A stretch of 64,000 bases of DNA from Octopus vulgaris (taxonomy: Eukaryota). The DNA lies in NCBI GenBank assembly GCA_951406725.2, contig OX597824.1:98580001-98644000 (forward strand). The letters are read 5' to 3'. Position 1 is the first letter of the stretch. Each line of letters begins with the position of its first letter. Positions 1 through 13,365 of the stretch are shown one piece after another. Made by a program: the position numbers and the translations under genes. Under the pieces are notes generated by a model. The model was not told the DNA's origin, did no database searches, and saw only the letters and a list, made by a program, of their open reading frames with translations.

Positions 1-125
1 CTGTAGAAGAGCGTAGGCTCGAAACGTAAAAGACTTTTTCTATTCCTGAGCGTTATACTAATACATCTGTTTGTTTTGTACATCACCTGTCTTCGTCTTT
101 TATTTTTTTGTGAACTCTCCCTATA
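1..125 (+). mobile_element. 3' end of a Penelope-like/non-autonomous repeat with a minimal hammerhead-like motif (1-35), ending in (TA)n
   Basis: CTGTAGA-A-GAGC(GTAG)GCTC-GAAA-CG-TA at 1-28. The downstream tail TAATACATCTGTTTGTTTTGTACA.CACCTGTCTTCGTCTTT...AACTCTCCCTATA recurs at 40441-40535. The 5' strand of stem I lies outside the window. Confidence 0.55.
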
Positions 126-185
<60 letters not shown>

Positions 186-419
186 TGTATATATGAATAC
201 AAATACAAGTGTCTGCATATGTGTATGTGGTGTGTACACGCACACATACATATATATATATATGTATGTTTGTATACATATATCACGTGATCACGCAGAG
301 TATCAGATGTTATACGTCGCTTGTCACAATGCACTTTGCATTGTTTTAGCTTTTGAATGGTGCCAGCCCGCTCGCTAGGCGGGCCGGTCAATATCCCAGC
401 CCACCCACTCTGACCGGAA

Positions 420-566
420 AGCTATTCCATTGCACGGTGACACAGTTATAGCTGGAGCAATGTGAAATGAAGAGTTTTGCTCAAGAATGCAACACGCAGC
501 CTGTCTGCGAATCGAAACCACGCTCTCATGACCATGAATGCAACAGCCTAACTACGCGCCTTCACA
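420..566 (-). mobile_element. tRNA-derived SINE (5' part)
   Basis: Minus strand reads GTGAAGGCGCGTAGTTAGG...GGTTTCGATTC (B-box-like)...TTCACATTGCTCCAG. Same family as 26907-27190 and 59880-60130. Confidence 0.6.
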
Positions 567-1274
567 CACACACACACACACACATCAATCAATGATCAAG
601 TAGGCTACGATTGAAGAATATATTTAATGGGTTAGAAATCTGGTTTATTAAGGGGATTCCTGAACAGAAATTACTTCAAAGTACTTTCATTGTTGCATTT
701 CTTAAAGTCTGCACGTCCAAGAAAGAACTCTTGTCTTCATACAATTGTACAATTTGTATGACCTCACCTAATTATAATATATCTACTATATAAATGCGAG
801 TGTATATGGTTATGTATGTGTATTTAGTCCAGAATGGTTATGAAACGGTGCACCACGAGAAAAACGAATTTGATTTTTGAAATCTGCGTCCTAAAGAGGA
901 GGACGCCCGTAAATGACAATAAATAAATATAATAATTCGCTACAAGAAATACCTTAACTTTTAGATGGACAACTCTCCCCCTCTCTAGCCTTCAGCCCCA
1001 ACGTATCTATACACTGACCTTTGACTCTCACTCTCTTTGTACATGGATTAACTCTCACGCATTGCTTTCATTTCGTTTAAACCTTCTAACGTTTCATTTC
1101 ATGACAGCTGTTACGCACAAACCATGGTTTCTGACTCAGTAAAATTGATCAAACTTTAAACTTCCTTCTTATAACTTATCGGTTCGACAAAAACAAAAAA
1201 CGTTAGAATAATTGCCAGGCTTTAAATAAAATAAGAGGTCGATTCGTAACGCGTTGTGAGTTTTGAACACACAC

Positions 1275-1490
1275 TCTCTCCTTCTTTCCGTCACTCTCTC
1301 TCTCTATCTATCTCTCTACCTCTCTCTCTATCTCTCTCCCTCTCTCGCTATCTCTCTACCTCTCTCTCTCTCTCTATCTCTCCCTCTCTCTCTATCTTTC
1401 TCCCTCTATCTCTATCTCTCTCCCCCTCTCTCTATCTCTCTCCCTCTCTCTCTCCATCTCTATATATATGTATGTATATATATATATATA
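1275..1490. repeat. (CT)n/(CTAT)n microsatellite followed by (TA)n
   Basis: Direct reading of the sequence. Confidence 0.95.
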
Positions 1491-4400
1491 TCCTTAAATC
1501 CTTAAAAATGTTTTAGCCCGAAGGCCGCGGCCATGCTGGGGCACCACCGCTGAATGAGCTACACTAGTTTGTGAATCCACCTCTGATACGTGGCACTTGA
1601 TCAACAAGGGAGTTCGATGCTGCTGCCCGCATCCGTGTCTCCTGTCGTGAGGTAGGTTCATCTGGGACTCCCAACAAGAAGAGATCCAGTTTAGTTTTAA
1701 AGAAACCCACATCCACACCATGTAAGTCTCTCAGGCATTTAGGGAGGATGTTAAAGAGCTGTGGTCCTCTGAAACCCAAGCTGTTGCAGTATCTGGACCT
1801 GTATTTTGATGGTGATGTTGGAATCCTTGGCACCACGCAGCGGCGCCCGTTCTGCGGTTGGAGTAACTTTGAATGCCAAAGTTTGGGACAAGACCCTCCA
1901 GGATTTTCCAGATGTATATCACTGCATATCTCTCCCGCCTCCGCTCCAGGGAGAAGAGGTTTAATACCTTCAGTCTTTCCCAGTAGCTGACATTTTGCAT
2001 TGAGACGATTTTCTTTGTGTAGCTTCTCTGAGTTGCTTCGAGTTCTGCTGTTTGTTTTATATTGTGTGGTGACCAAAGTTGGGAGCAGTAGTCCAAGCGG
2101 CTGAGGACAAATGTTTTCCATAGGACCATCAGTGTCTCCTTCTCTCTTGTTCTGAAAGTTCGGAGAATCCATCCAGCTAGCCGTCTGCATTTTATCACCA
2201 GATTAGCAATATGCATTTGGAAAGATGCATCATTGCTCATGTCAATGCCCAGGTCACGCACTGATTTTGACTCAGGGATTGCAATTCTTCCTGGGCCAGT
2301 GTATCCAGTCTTCACGTCATTTACCTTTGTGTGCCAGTAGCGCAGGGCCTGGAACTTACCTGCATTAAACTGCATGTTGTTGTCCTCAGCCCACCTGTAT
2401 ATTGTGTCCAGCTCATGTTGCAGATGCGCAATATTTTCAGGGTTTTGTATTGCGTGGGAGACTTTTGTGTCATCTGCATAGCTAGCAAGGGTGGTCATCG
2501 TAGCAACTGAAGGCATGTCTGAAAGGGCCACTATGAACATCAGTGGCCCCAAGACAGTGCCCTGTGGGACACCGCTTGTTATTTGCGTTTCCCTGGAGGT
2601 GGCTCCATTGCTCACAACTGCCTGTTTTCTGTCTTTTAGGAAGTTGTGCAGCCACTCTCCAAGTTTCCCGCCTATGCCGAGACCACGCAGTTTGTGACAG
2701 ATCATACCATGGTCGACTTTATCAAAGGCTTTTGCAAAGTCAAGATATATTACATCCACATTTGAGCCATTTAGTAGCTGTTTCAACACCCAGTCATAGT
2801 GTTGCAGGAGCTGTGTTAGGCAGCCTCTACCTGGTCGAAATCCATGCTGGGTGTCAGACAGTAAGTCATTTTCTTCAAGGAACATGATTAGTTTCTTACG
2901 GACTATTCGTTCCATGACTTTGCTGATGTGTGAGGTCAGAGAGATAGGCCTATAATTTTTAGCATCTGCTCTGCTACCTCCCTTATGGATAGGGCATATT
3001 ACCCCCTCTTTCAGTTTGACTGGGAGCTTACCACTTGCAAGAAAGCTCTGAAAAAGAAGCTGTAGCGGTTTTGCAAGGGCTCGTTTGCACGATTTGAGAA
3101 GGATCGCTGGGAATCCATCAGGTCCAGCAGCTGAGTTTGTGTCAATCTCATCAATGGCTAGTGTGATATCATCTTCTTCGATGTTGATGTACTCAATTTT
3201 TGTCTCTTTGGCCGCTGGTAAAGTGGCAAAGAATTCTTCTGGGTTGTTTACTTGCCTGTGTCCTAGAGGTGTAGTGAACACACTTTGAAACTGTTCGTTC
3301 AGTATTTCACTTATCCTCGTGGGATTTCCTGTGAGAGAGCCATCTTTTTGGAAGAGAGGTCCTATTCTCTGGTGCACTGTGGCTGTCTCTTTGGCAAACT
3401 TAAAGAAAGCTTTAGGGTTTGATTTTATATTTTCTATTACCCAAGCTTCTTTATCTGCTCTCTCCTTTTCATGGGACTGATGTAGACTTTTCTCAGTTTC
3501 CATTAGCATTCTTTCGAGCCGAGACTTCTCACCACTTTTGGTGTGCTTGCTCAGGCGGTTTGCAATCCTTGTCCGTCGTCTCATAAGAATCCTCCTTTCT
3601 CTAGGGATCCTGTTTTTGTTCTTGTGTGTGCTGGCCCTGCACATTGGGACATATTTGTCACATATGGCTTGTATTATGGACATGAAGTGTTTGTGTTTCA
3701 TGTTTATGTCCGGTGTGGAGAGACATTCAGGCCAATCCTGTTTGAGGATCTCTTTCTCAATCGACTTCCAGTTGGCTTTATGAAAGTTTAAGTTGGAGAG
3801 ATGGTGGGTGCTTCGTATAGGCTGTGTGTCTGCGGGGGCTTTTGTTCCATACATAGACAGCTCTATTATGTTGTGATCCGAGATCATTGTCGGCATCACA
3901 TTAACATTATGGATAATATCCATATTGTTTGTGAAGCAGAGATCCAGTATATTATCTGCCCTTGTTGGTTGCAGAACTATTTGCTCCATGAAAGAGGTAT
4001 TTGTGAGATGGAGCAGGGACTCCACCTGTGCCTGCTGATGGTGTGTCATCCCTGGGAGCATCTGCCCCCCAGGCCATTCCACATTGGGGAGGTTAAAGTC
4101 ACCCATGAAGAATACACTGTTGTGCTGTTCAAGGTTGGTGAGGACTTCTCCTATTTTTGTTAGGCAGTCTTCAAACATGCCTGAGTGTTTTGGGGCGTCT
4201 GGTGGGCGATATGTAGTGCATATGACGATATTCAGTTGTCTTATGTGTACAATTTGAGTTTCACATACTGAGTTTGAATATGACAGCAGGACCTGGGGCG
4301 TGAGGTCATCTCGGATGTACATTGCAACTCCACCATGGCTCCTCCCTTTTCTATCTGTGCGTATGACTGCATATTGCGGCATGTGTATTTCTGCATCACC

Positions 4401-4508
4401 TATATCGGGTTCAAGATGCGTTTCTGTGAGTGCCATGCATATAGCTTGATTGCATGTCACAAGGTCTCTCAGGAATGAAATTTTCTTTTTACAGTTTCCG
4501 CAGCGGAA
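1491..4508 (-). mobile_element. CR1/L2-group non-LTR retrotransposon, 5'-truncated, inserted in (TA)n
   Basis: ORF2 with APE and RT domains, a short 3' UTR with stem-loop and a (TTTAAGGA)2 tail. Both flanks are (TA)n. Confidence 0.92.
1564..4460 (-). pseudogene. LINE ORF2 (AP endonuclease + reverse transcriptase) with one frameshift near 1847
   Basis: APE motifs LTETHL, YRPP, GDFNLP, SDH. RT motifs NYRPISLTS, QHGFR, LDFAKAFDKV, GVPQGTVLGP, YADD. The C-terminus continues in the 1564..2190 frame (GRRCVVPRIP...GPQLFNILPKCLRD). The first APE motif (NxxG) is lost at the 5' truncation. Confidence 0.9.
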
Positions 4509-4716
4509 TATATATATATATATATTAATACATACATATATATATATATATATATACGTACATATATATATGCATATCTATCTATCTATATATATATATA
4601 TATATACATATATTAATACATACATACATACATACATACATACATACATACATACATACATACATACATTAATACATACATACATACATACATACATACA
4701 TACATACATACATACA

Positions 4717-4747
<31 letters not shown>

Positions 4748-4875
4748 GCATATATACATGCATATACATGCGTATGTATATACATTCACAAATACATAAT
4801 ACCTATACACATGCATATAATTATATATACAAACACGCTTACATATATACATAAATAGGTACGTACATAATGTAT

Positions 4876-4913
<38 letters not shown>

Positions 4914-4947
4914 AATACATATGCTAATTACGTACATACATACATAT

Positions 4948-4978
<31 letters not shown>

Positions 4979-5632
4979 CATACATACGCACACGTACACA
5001 CACATACATACATACACATATACATACATACATACACAAACACACATACATACATACATACATACATAAATACATACATACATACATACATACACATACA
5101 CACATACATACATACATACATACATACATACACACACACATACATACATACACACATACATACATACATGCATGCATGCATACATACATACATACGTACA
5201 TACATACATACATATGTACATACACATATACATACATACATACATACATACATACATGCATGCATGCATACATACATACATAAATACATACACACATACA
5301 TACACACACACATACACACATACATACATACATACATACATACACACACATACATACATACATACATACACACACACATACATACATACATACACACACA
5401 CATACATACATACACACATACATACATACATACATACATACATGCATGCATGCATACATACATACATAAATACATACATACATACATACATACATACGAA
5501 CATACATACATACATACATACACACACACATACATGCATGCATGCATGCATACATACATACATACATAAATACATATATACACACACACACATACATACA
5601 TACATATATACATACACAAACACATACATACG
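4509..5632. repeat. (TA)n/(TACA)n compound microsatellite
   Basis: Direct reading; it explains the HTYI/MYVC ORFs. Confidence 0.97.
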
Positions 5633-6679
5633 AAATATATTCCCGAACATGCGCAGTCAATGAAGACCAAACAATAGACTTCCTGTTTCTGCTTTCTGTC
5701 GCCGTGTTTCCTATTTCCAGTTTATTTCACAATAATTTCCATCATAGACGCAAAGGTCACACATGATAGCAACACAATCGGGGTCATCGACCCCAGGTTA
5801 TCACTGGTATTTATTTTATTGACCTCGAAGTCAAGTGGGATTTGGCGAGATTTGAACTAAAGACTTGCAAGTATTTGGTACGACTCTTTGACGATGTTGC
5901 CATCATGATGACTTCTGATGATGACGAAATGGCACATTAGGGAGCAGAGGCACTACAGTGGGAGAGTAGAGTCACATATAAGGGCGTATTGTCACACAGT
6001 GTGGGGTGTAGTGGCTCAGTCATATATAAGGGATGTAGTTACATAGTAGGGAGACATCGTCACACATTGGGGGAGCGGAATCTAACAATGAGGGAGCATA
6101 ATCGATTATATCGATCTCAGCGCTTTATTAAGAATTCTTCAATCGATATTGGAAGGATGTGACAGTAAGATTAACCATCGTGTGATTTGAACTCAGAACC
6201 TTGAGAGGTAAACTAAACAGAGTGGTATGAATTATCCAGAGTAGTCGAGGTACTTCGAGTTGTATTAGTATGAAAGACGAGTGAGAGGTGATTCTTCTTG
6301 AAAAGATGCGTGAAGAATGTGTTGTCAGGTTTGTTTCAATCACACAGCATTGAGGAACAAGAGACAATGGCAGAGTCTTGTAATGTCATCCTGATAGCAG
6401 ATTAACGGCTTATGATTCCTCAAGGTATTATCACATTGCCAGGTAGAGAAGCAAAGAGAGAGAGAGAGAGAGAGAGAGAAAGAAAGAAAGAGTTAGGATG
6501 AGAGGGAAGAATAGACAAAAGAAATGAAGAAAGCATGAAAGAAAGGAATAAGTGGAGGATTTGTGGAGATAGAGTTGTGTTGAACCACAGGAATCTGAGC
6601 ATGTTTATATCATTGCATTATTATATGTACAGGGTTGACAATTTGTAATGTTGGCAACAAGTCTGGATGGAGGCATAGG

Positions 6680-6730
<51 letters not shown>

Positions 6731-8329
6731 TATATTCTGTATAATCAACTCAACACATTTTCTCCACAGTTACCATCCTAAACTACAAAACAATTTACAC
6801 AACACTCATTCCACTTAATATGGATGCCTCAATAAACCACAACACTATCATTGCCCTCACCTTTATGAATATTTAAAGCCTGTGAAGTGCTAAAACTGTG
6901 GTCTTGTCTGACAACTGCGCAGTTGTGATGTTCTGTCAGAGTCTGTTGTAATTCAAAATGATGTTCATTCATTCAAAACCGACCCTCATATATTTCTGGC
7001 CATATTTTTAATAAGATCCACAAAATCACCGAAAGCTAAATTTTTAAGTAATTTCATTCTAAATTTTTCATTCTATATTTCCGTATAAATTTTTCTTGAC
7101 AATAATATACACCCAGCAGTGAAATTGTTCTCTTCCGTGTTTTCATAGGATGATCCTGAGGCGTTTTGTGCTCTGATCGCATACAACTCTTCGAAAGTCG
7201 TGTTTCTCTGTTGCTGATTTTGTTTATCAAAATTGGTGTTGTTGTCGGCATCAGTACCACCACCACCACCACCACTACCACCACCACCATCACCACCACC
7301 ACCACCACCACCACCAAGATTACATCACCGTTGTTACAATCATTACGGTTTTCTGGATTAGAACCATTGTGTGTAAATCTACTCCTAAACACATTTATTG
7401 TAGTTGTTGCTGTTGTTGTTGTCGTCTTTATTGCTCTTAATGTTACTCTCAGAATGATTGCCATTATTTGAACAGTTGTCTACAAATTTCAGTTCATTGG
7501 AACTTCTTCCCCTCCACAGTCAGAAGAGGTTGTCTTCTAGGTTGTGAGAGAAAGATCTCTCTCACTCATCACAGTAGCCATCTTGACAGGAAGTACTGTA
7601 ATGTTAACAGAAATGTAACAACGTAGACAGGAAGTGATGTAGTGTTAAGAGAGACAAAAAAGAAAATCAAGAGAATTTCCCTCCTCTTTAGAATGTTGAA
7701 GATAAGTCTTCTTTTTTTTATAATAGTAATTTCTCATTTGAGCTTTAGGCAGAAAATTATGGTAGGTGGACCCTCGACTGTGTAGGTCTCAGCGCTTAAC
7801 TTGCTTTGTGAAACCCGAAAGGGTGAAAGGCAGAGTTTTACCTTGGTGAGATTTGAACTCCAGCTTCCGCAATAAAACCAGCAGCCCCGAAAGCAACTGT
7901 ACCTTCAGCAACAGAAGCAACAGCAGCAGCAGCAGCAGCAGCAGTTGAAGCAACAGAATCTAAGACAGAGAAGAGACTCTCAGTGATAAAATGTGTGCAA
8001 TAAAAAGAAAAGGAAGAAGAGAAACGATGATACGAAGGGAAGAATCTGGGAGGTTGGAAGGAAGGCGAAAGATGCATTGAAACAACGATACACGAACACC
8101 ATCGACAATGACAATATCAATAAAACCACCACCACGACCACCACCACCGAAAACACGACCAACGTTAAAAATGCAACCACCCCAATCTACACCGGAACCA
8201 GCAAAAGCAACACCAACCAATAAGCACCACAAACTACACTGCCAGAAACACAACAAAGAATCAGTGAACCATACACATCAACAAACAAACATTACAAAAA
8301 ATCAATTTCATCACACCAACAACAAGTCT

Positions 8330-9170
8330 GGTCGCCGTTTGAGAGACGCGTTTTACTTCATGTCGTCTCAGACAGAGCTGCAGTCATGGGTCAAGCAAAG
8401 ACCTAAGCAGCACGATTGGCATCTGGAATGTTGCCAAACGCTCAAAGCCTTCTACCCATCAAGCAATACAGTAAGTGGAAGTTTTCACTTTGACCTTCCG
8501 TAAAGGATTAGTGGCGGGTAAAAGCGACGTCGTTCTCTGGGTAGCTCTAAGCGTCCACGACAATCAACTGCCTGGTCCGTTGTAGAGGAATTTCAAGTCT
8601 TGACCCGTGGGTAATTTCTATAATTCGCTTGCCTAGCAGTGCAACCGAATCAGATTGGAGAGCGTTGCCTGTTCTACAGATACGAAAGTATCGCCAGACA
8701 GACCCGTCCAAGATGGGTGTAGAGCGACGAAGCCGTTCTGCACATAATACATCCTGTTCTTATTCGTGAAGGACGGATCCAGCTATCAACTGTATCTATC
8801 GCCGTGATCATCGCGCTTCACTCCTTTGGCCGAGAAGAACAAGAAGTCTTAAGCTCTCTGATTATTTTAGCAAAAGAAGTTTTGTTATAGACAAAAGGGC
8901 TGAAAAGAGATAGATTCATCTTAGGCCAAACCCTCAGCAAATTATTATCCCTTGATAGAAGAAGAGATCGGAGAGAGATTAACCTGAAAGGAAAAACAGG
9001 CGTGAAGCCTCGCGCCTCGGAAATTCTGGCAAAGGTCCAGAGCTCAGTATTTCACCACAGATTTATTTTATCGACCCAAAAAAAATGAAATACACAGCTG
9101 ACATCGGCGGCAATTGAACACAGAACACAAAGACTCGAAAGAAATGCCAGAAGGCCGTGTTTCCCGACGA
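8330..9170 (+). mobile_element. Highly decayed L1/Tx1-like LINE 3' fragment
   Basis: Broken translations LECCQTLKAFY, SLA*QC...ALPV, PRWV*SDEAVLH (remnant CCHC knuckle) and KGLKRDRF resemble Tx1 ORF2 C-termini. Many stops. Confidence 0.4.
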
Positions 9171-9334
9171 TTCTGAGCAGTGAGTGAAAAGAAGACAAAG
9201 ACAGTGACAGGTTGATATTTATTGAAGTGGTTCCACTAAGAAAAACCCACGTTTTGCAAAGGCGTTTTCTGTTGCACACTGAAAGACACACACACACACA
9301 TACACACACATACACACATACACACATATACACA

Positions 9335-9367
<33 letters not shown>

Positions 9368-9487
9368 GCAAACTATCAATTTATTTATTCATATATATAT
9401 ATGTATATATAAATTGACGTGTGTGTGTGTGTGTATGTGTAATATGTGATATATATATATTAAATATATATGTTATATATATACATG

Positions 9488-9870
9488 CAGGCGTGGCTGT
9501 GTGGTAAGAAGGTTGCTTCCCAACCATATGATTCATGGTTCAGTCCCGCTGAGTAGCACCTTGAGCCTACCAAAGCCTTGTGATTAGATTTGGTAGACAG
9601 AAACTGAAAGAAGCCTGACTTACACATATACAGAGAGAGAGATGCGCGCGCGCGCGTGTGTGTGTTTCCAGCCACCGCTTGACAGTCGGTGTTGGTGTGA
9701 TTACGTGCCCGTAACTTAGCGGTTCGGCAAAAAGAAAACGATAGAATAAGCATCATGCTTAATAAATAATAAGTAATGGGGTAGATTCATTCGACTGAAA
9801 ATTCCTCAAGGTGGCGCCCCAGCATGGCTGCATTCTAATGACTGAAAGAAGGGAAAAGATAAAAGATATA
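9488..9870 (+). mobile_element. tRNA-derived SINE with internal (GT)n and LINE-like 3' tail
   Basis: GGCGTGGCTGTGTGGTAAG (A-box), GGTTCAGTCCC (B-box), TTTGGTAGACAGAAACTGAAAGAAGCC body, 3' GGTGGCGCCCCAGCATGGC. Several copies in the window. Confidence 0.8.
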
Positions 9871-10494
9871 GATACACATCAAACGGTTTGTAATGAAGCT
9901 AAATAACGTAACATGAGAATCTGAGGAGGAAGACAGAACCGTGTCCCTGGCTGCGAGTTGGGCCAGCTCCATGAAATAACAGCCGGAGACAAAATGGAAT
10001 AGACATACACCAAGAATGCTTTTTTAGAGAATGATGGTGGGCGTAGTCCAGGATCCGCCACTCCAAATCATGATCAACTGACGAAATGAGAAATCAGGAA
10101 CAACCAGAAAAAGAAAATTTACCTTCTAATCCAATTTTCAACGCCAATAGATAATAATGTAATCCTCAAATAAATGGAGAAATTATTCAAAAATAATCCT
10201 CCGAATGTGAGAATGAAACCCGAAATAATCTCTCTAATAATAGATGCCTTCGGAATGAAAGAAAAAAAATGGGCAAATACGTAACCTAAACGGCAGGACT
10301 TAGGAATATGCTGAAGATGAGGAATGAAGAGAAAAAAATGCATTTTCTGGGGAGTTGTTTGAGTAGAAGAAGAATATCTTCACTAAAAGAGAATTATGGA
10401 TGTATGTAGTGGTACGCAGAGTTGGGATCAGCAATGCAGGGAAAAGCAAGCAATAAATATAAGAATACTAAATAATAGTAATAATAATAATAAT

Positions 10495-10528
<34 letters not shown>

Positions 10529-10574
10529 GCAACCACAACAATACTATTAATAATAAAAACAATAATAATAATTT

Positions 10575-11520
<946 letters not shown>

Positions 11521-11992
11521 TTTCAGGCAGTGCTTCTTTTAATTGCACTTTGAACTGGAATTAGAAATTTCCATTTTGTTTTTGAAATATAAACAATATA
11601 TTTTTCGCTTTGTCTTGTTTTCAATTAAATCCAACAGCGACGCCAAACTGTTTTACGAAATTCTCCCAATTCCATTTTTTTTTTTTTTTTTTTGGTGGGG
11701 GGGACTAAATAAAACCTAAAATTTCCGTGTCACGACAGAAACAAAACTATCTTCATTACTACCACCACTACGACTACTACAACTACTACTACTACTACTA
11801 CTACTATATTCATTGCCTAACATTGTTTATGCGCCAATATCGTTGCAGTTATTACGGCCTTCAAAATTATTTGTTAAACCCTTTGAAATCCTTTTTCAAT
11901 TAGTAATTCTTCATTAAAATGTTCCTTATTTCCTCTTTTTTATTGCAAGCATACGTTCTTTGGTACAGTTTGTTTTGTTGCTGTTTTTTATT

Positions 11993-12060
<68 letters not shown>

Positions 12061-12579
12061 GTGTGTCTTTGTGCTATTATCAGATTTCATTTCGTAGAAT
12101 AAGCAAATCTGTGAGACAATTTATCGCGAAGTGTCGTCAAAATGCGAAAGTAAATAATAGAAAATCTGCCGAAGTCTGGTTTTCTCTTTCACCGTGTATC
12201 GGAGTCAGACATCTTCATGTAAGCAAACTTTTTATTGGCAGAAATTCCAAAGCAAGATTTTTTGTTTGGTAAAACTCAAAATAAAGTCGTATCACAGAGG
12301 GAGAAGAAAAAAAAAACACGTCTTTACGAGAATTGATAATAATATTTGTTTCTAGTTTCGGTAGAAAACCAGCAATTTTGAGGGGATGGGGTCAGTTGAT
12401 ACTAACGGCACCGATACTTGATTATTACAATATTTTATCGATTCCGGGGGTGGGGGGTGAAATGGAGAATTAGCTGTGACAGAGTTTGAAACCAGGACAT
12501 AAAGTGCTACAAGAAATACCACAAGGTATCTAACCATTCAACCAATCAACCATCTAAATAATAAACAAAGCAAAAATAC

Positions 12580-12612
<33 letters not shown>

Positions 12613-12929
12613 AAGTAGTAGTAGTAGTATGTCATATGAAAGGAATATTACAAAACCATGGTCGGCATAATATGGGTGGTTTACAAAAAATGAGATGAGG
12701 AGAAAGAAACGAAAGAGGGATGAGATTATAAAGTACGCATAGGGTATATCTAGTGGATGGTAGGGTCTTCTTGGTAAAGGACGACCACCATCAAGAGACA
12801 GTCAGGGTATGCCACAGATCTAAGATCCTCCGAAGCACCCAGGGAAAGTGGCCTCCCACCTACAGACACAGGAACAGACTGGTTCCAGCCACTCTCACCA
12901 TTTTATTCAACAACAACAATAATCTTTTC

Positions 12930-13132
12930 CACTATAGGTACAGGGCCGGAAATTTTGCGGGGTGGGGATCAGTCGATTAGAACGACCCCAATGCTTGACT
13001 GGTACTTTTTTCATCGACCCCGAAGGATGAAAATCGACTCCGAAAGGATTTTGAAACTAGAATGTAAGGACGGATGGAATACCGCCAAGCATTTGCCTGG
13101 CATGCTAACGATTCTGCCACCTCACTACTTTA

Positions 13133-13176
<44 letters not shown>

Positions 13177-13365
13177 CCTTTCTATTATAGGCAGGAGGCC
13201 TGAAATTTGTGAGGAGGGGGTCAGTCGATTAGATCGACCCTAGTACGCAAGTGATACTTAATTTATCGACCCCGTGTGGGTGAAAGGCTAAGTAGACTTC
13301 GGCGGAATTTGAAATCAGAACGTCAAGGTGGACGAAATCCGCTAAGCATTTCACACGGCGTGCTT
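12930..13365 (-). mobile_element. Two tandem SINE copies separated by (TAA)n
   Basis: Both contain (plus strand) GAAATTTT...GTCGATTAGA...ATCGACCCC...GAATTTGAA. Same family as 31013-31190, 51799-51985 and 60570-60710. Confidence 0.75.

Noticed and set aside
4450-5766. Long ORFs of HTYI/MYVC repeats (also 38283-39516, 61347-62651 and the many YIYI ORFs)
   Set aside because: They are stop-free translations of TA/TACA/TATG microsatellites.
5940-6100. Degenerate ~20-bp tandem repeats (also ~27-bp units at 14040-14220)
   Set aside because: They are highly decayed minisatellites without conserved repeat-spacer structure.
7855-8003. Ala/Thr-rich open frame (PAAPKATVPSATEATAAAA...)
   Set aside because: It starts in a SINE remnant, is built on (GCA)n-like repeats and has no clear splice sites.
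9488-9560. SINE heads as true tRNA genes
   Set aside because: A/B boxes are present, but there is no cloverleaf, the copies are diverged and each is fused to a SINE body.
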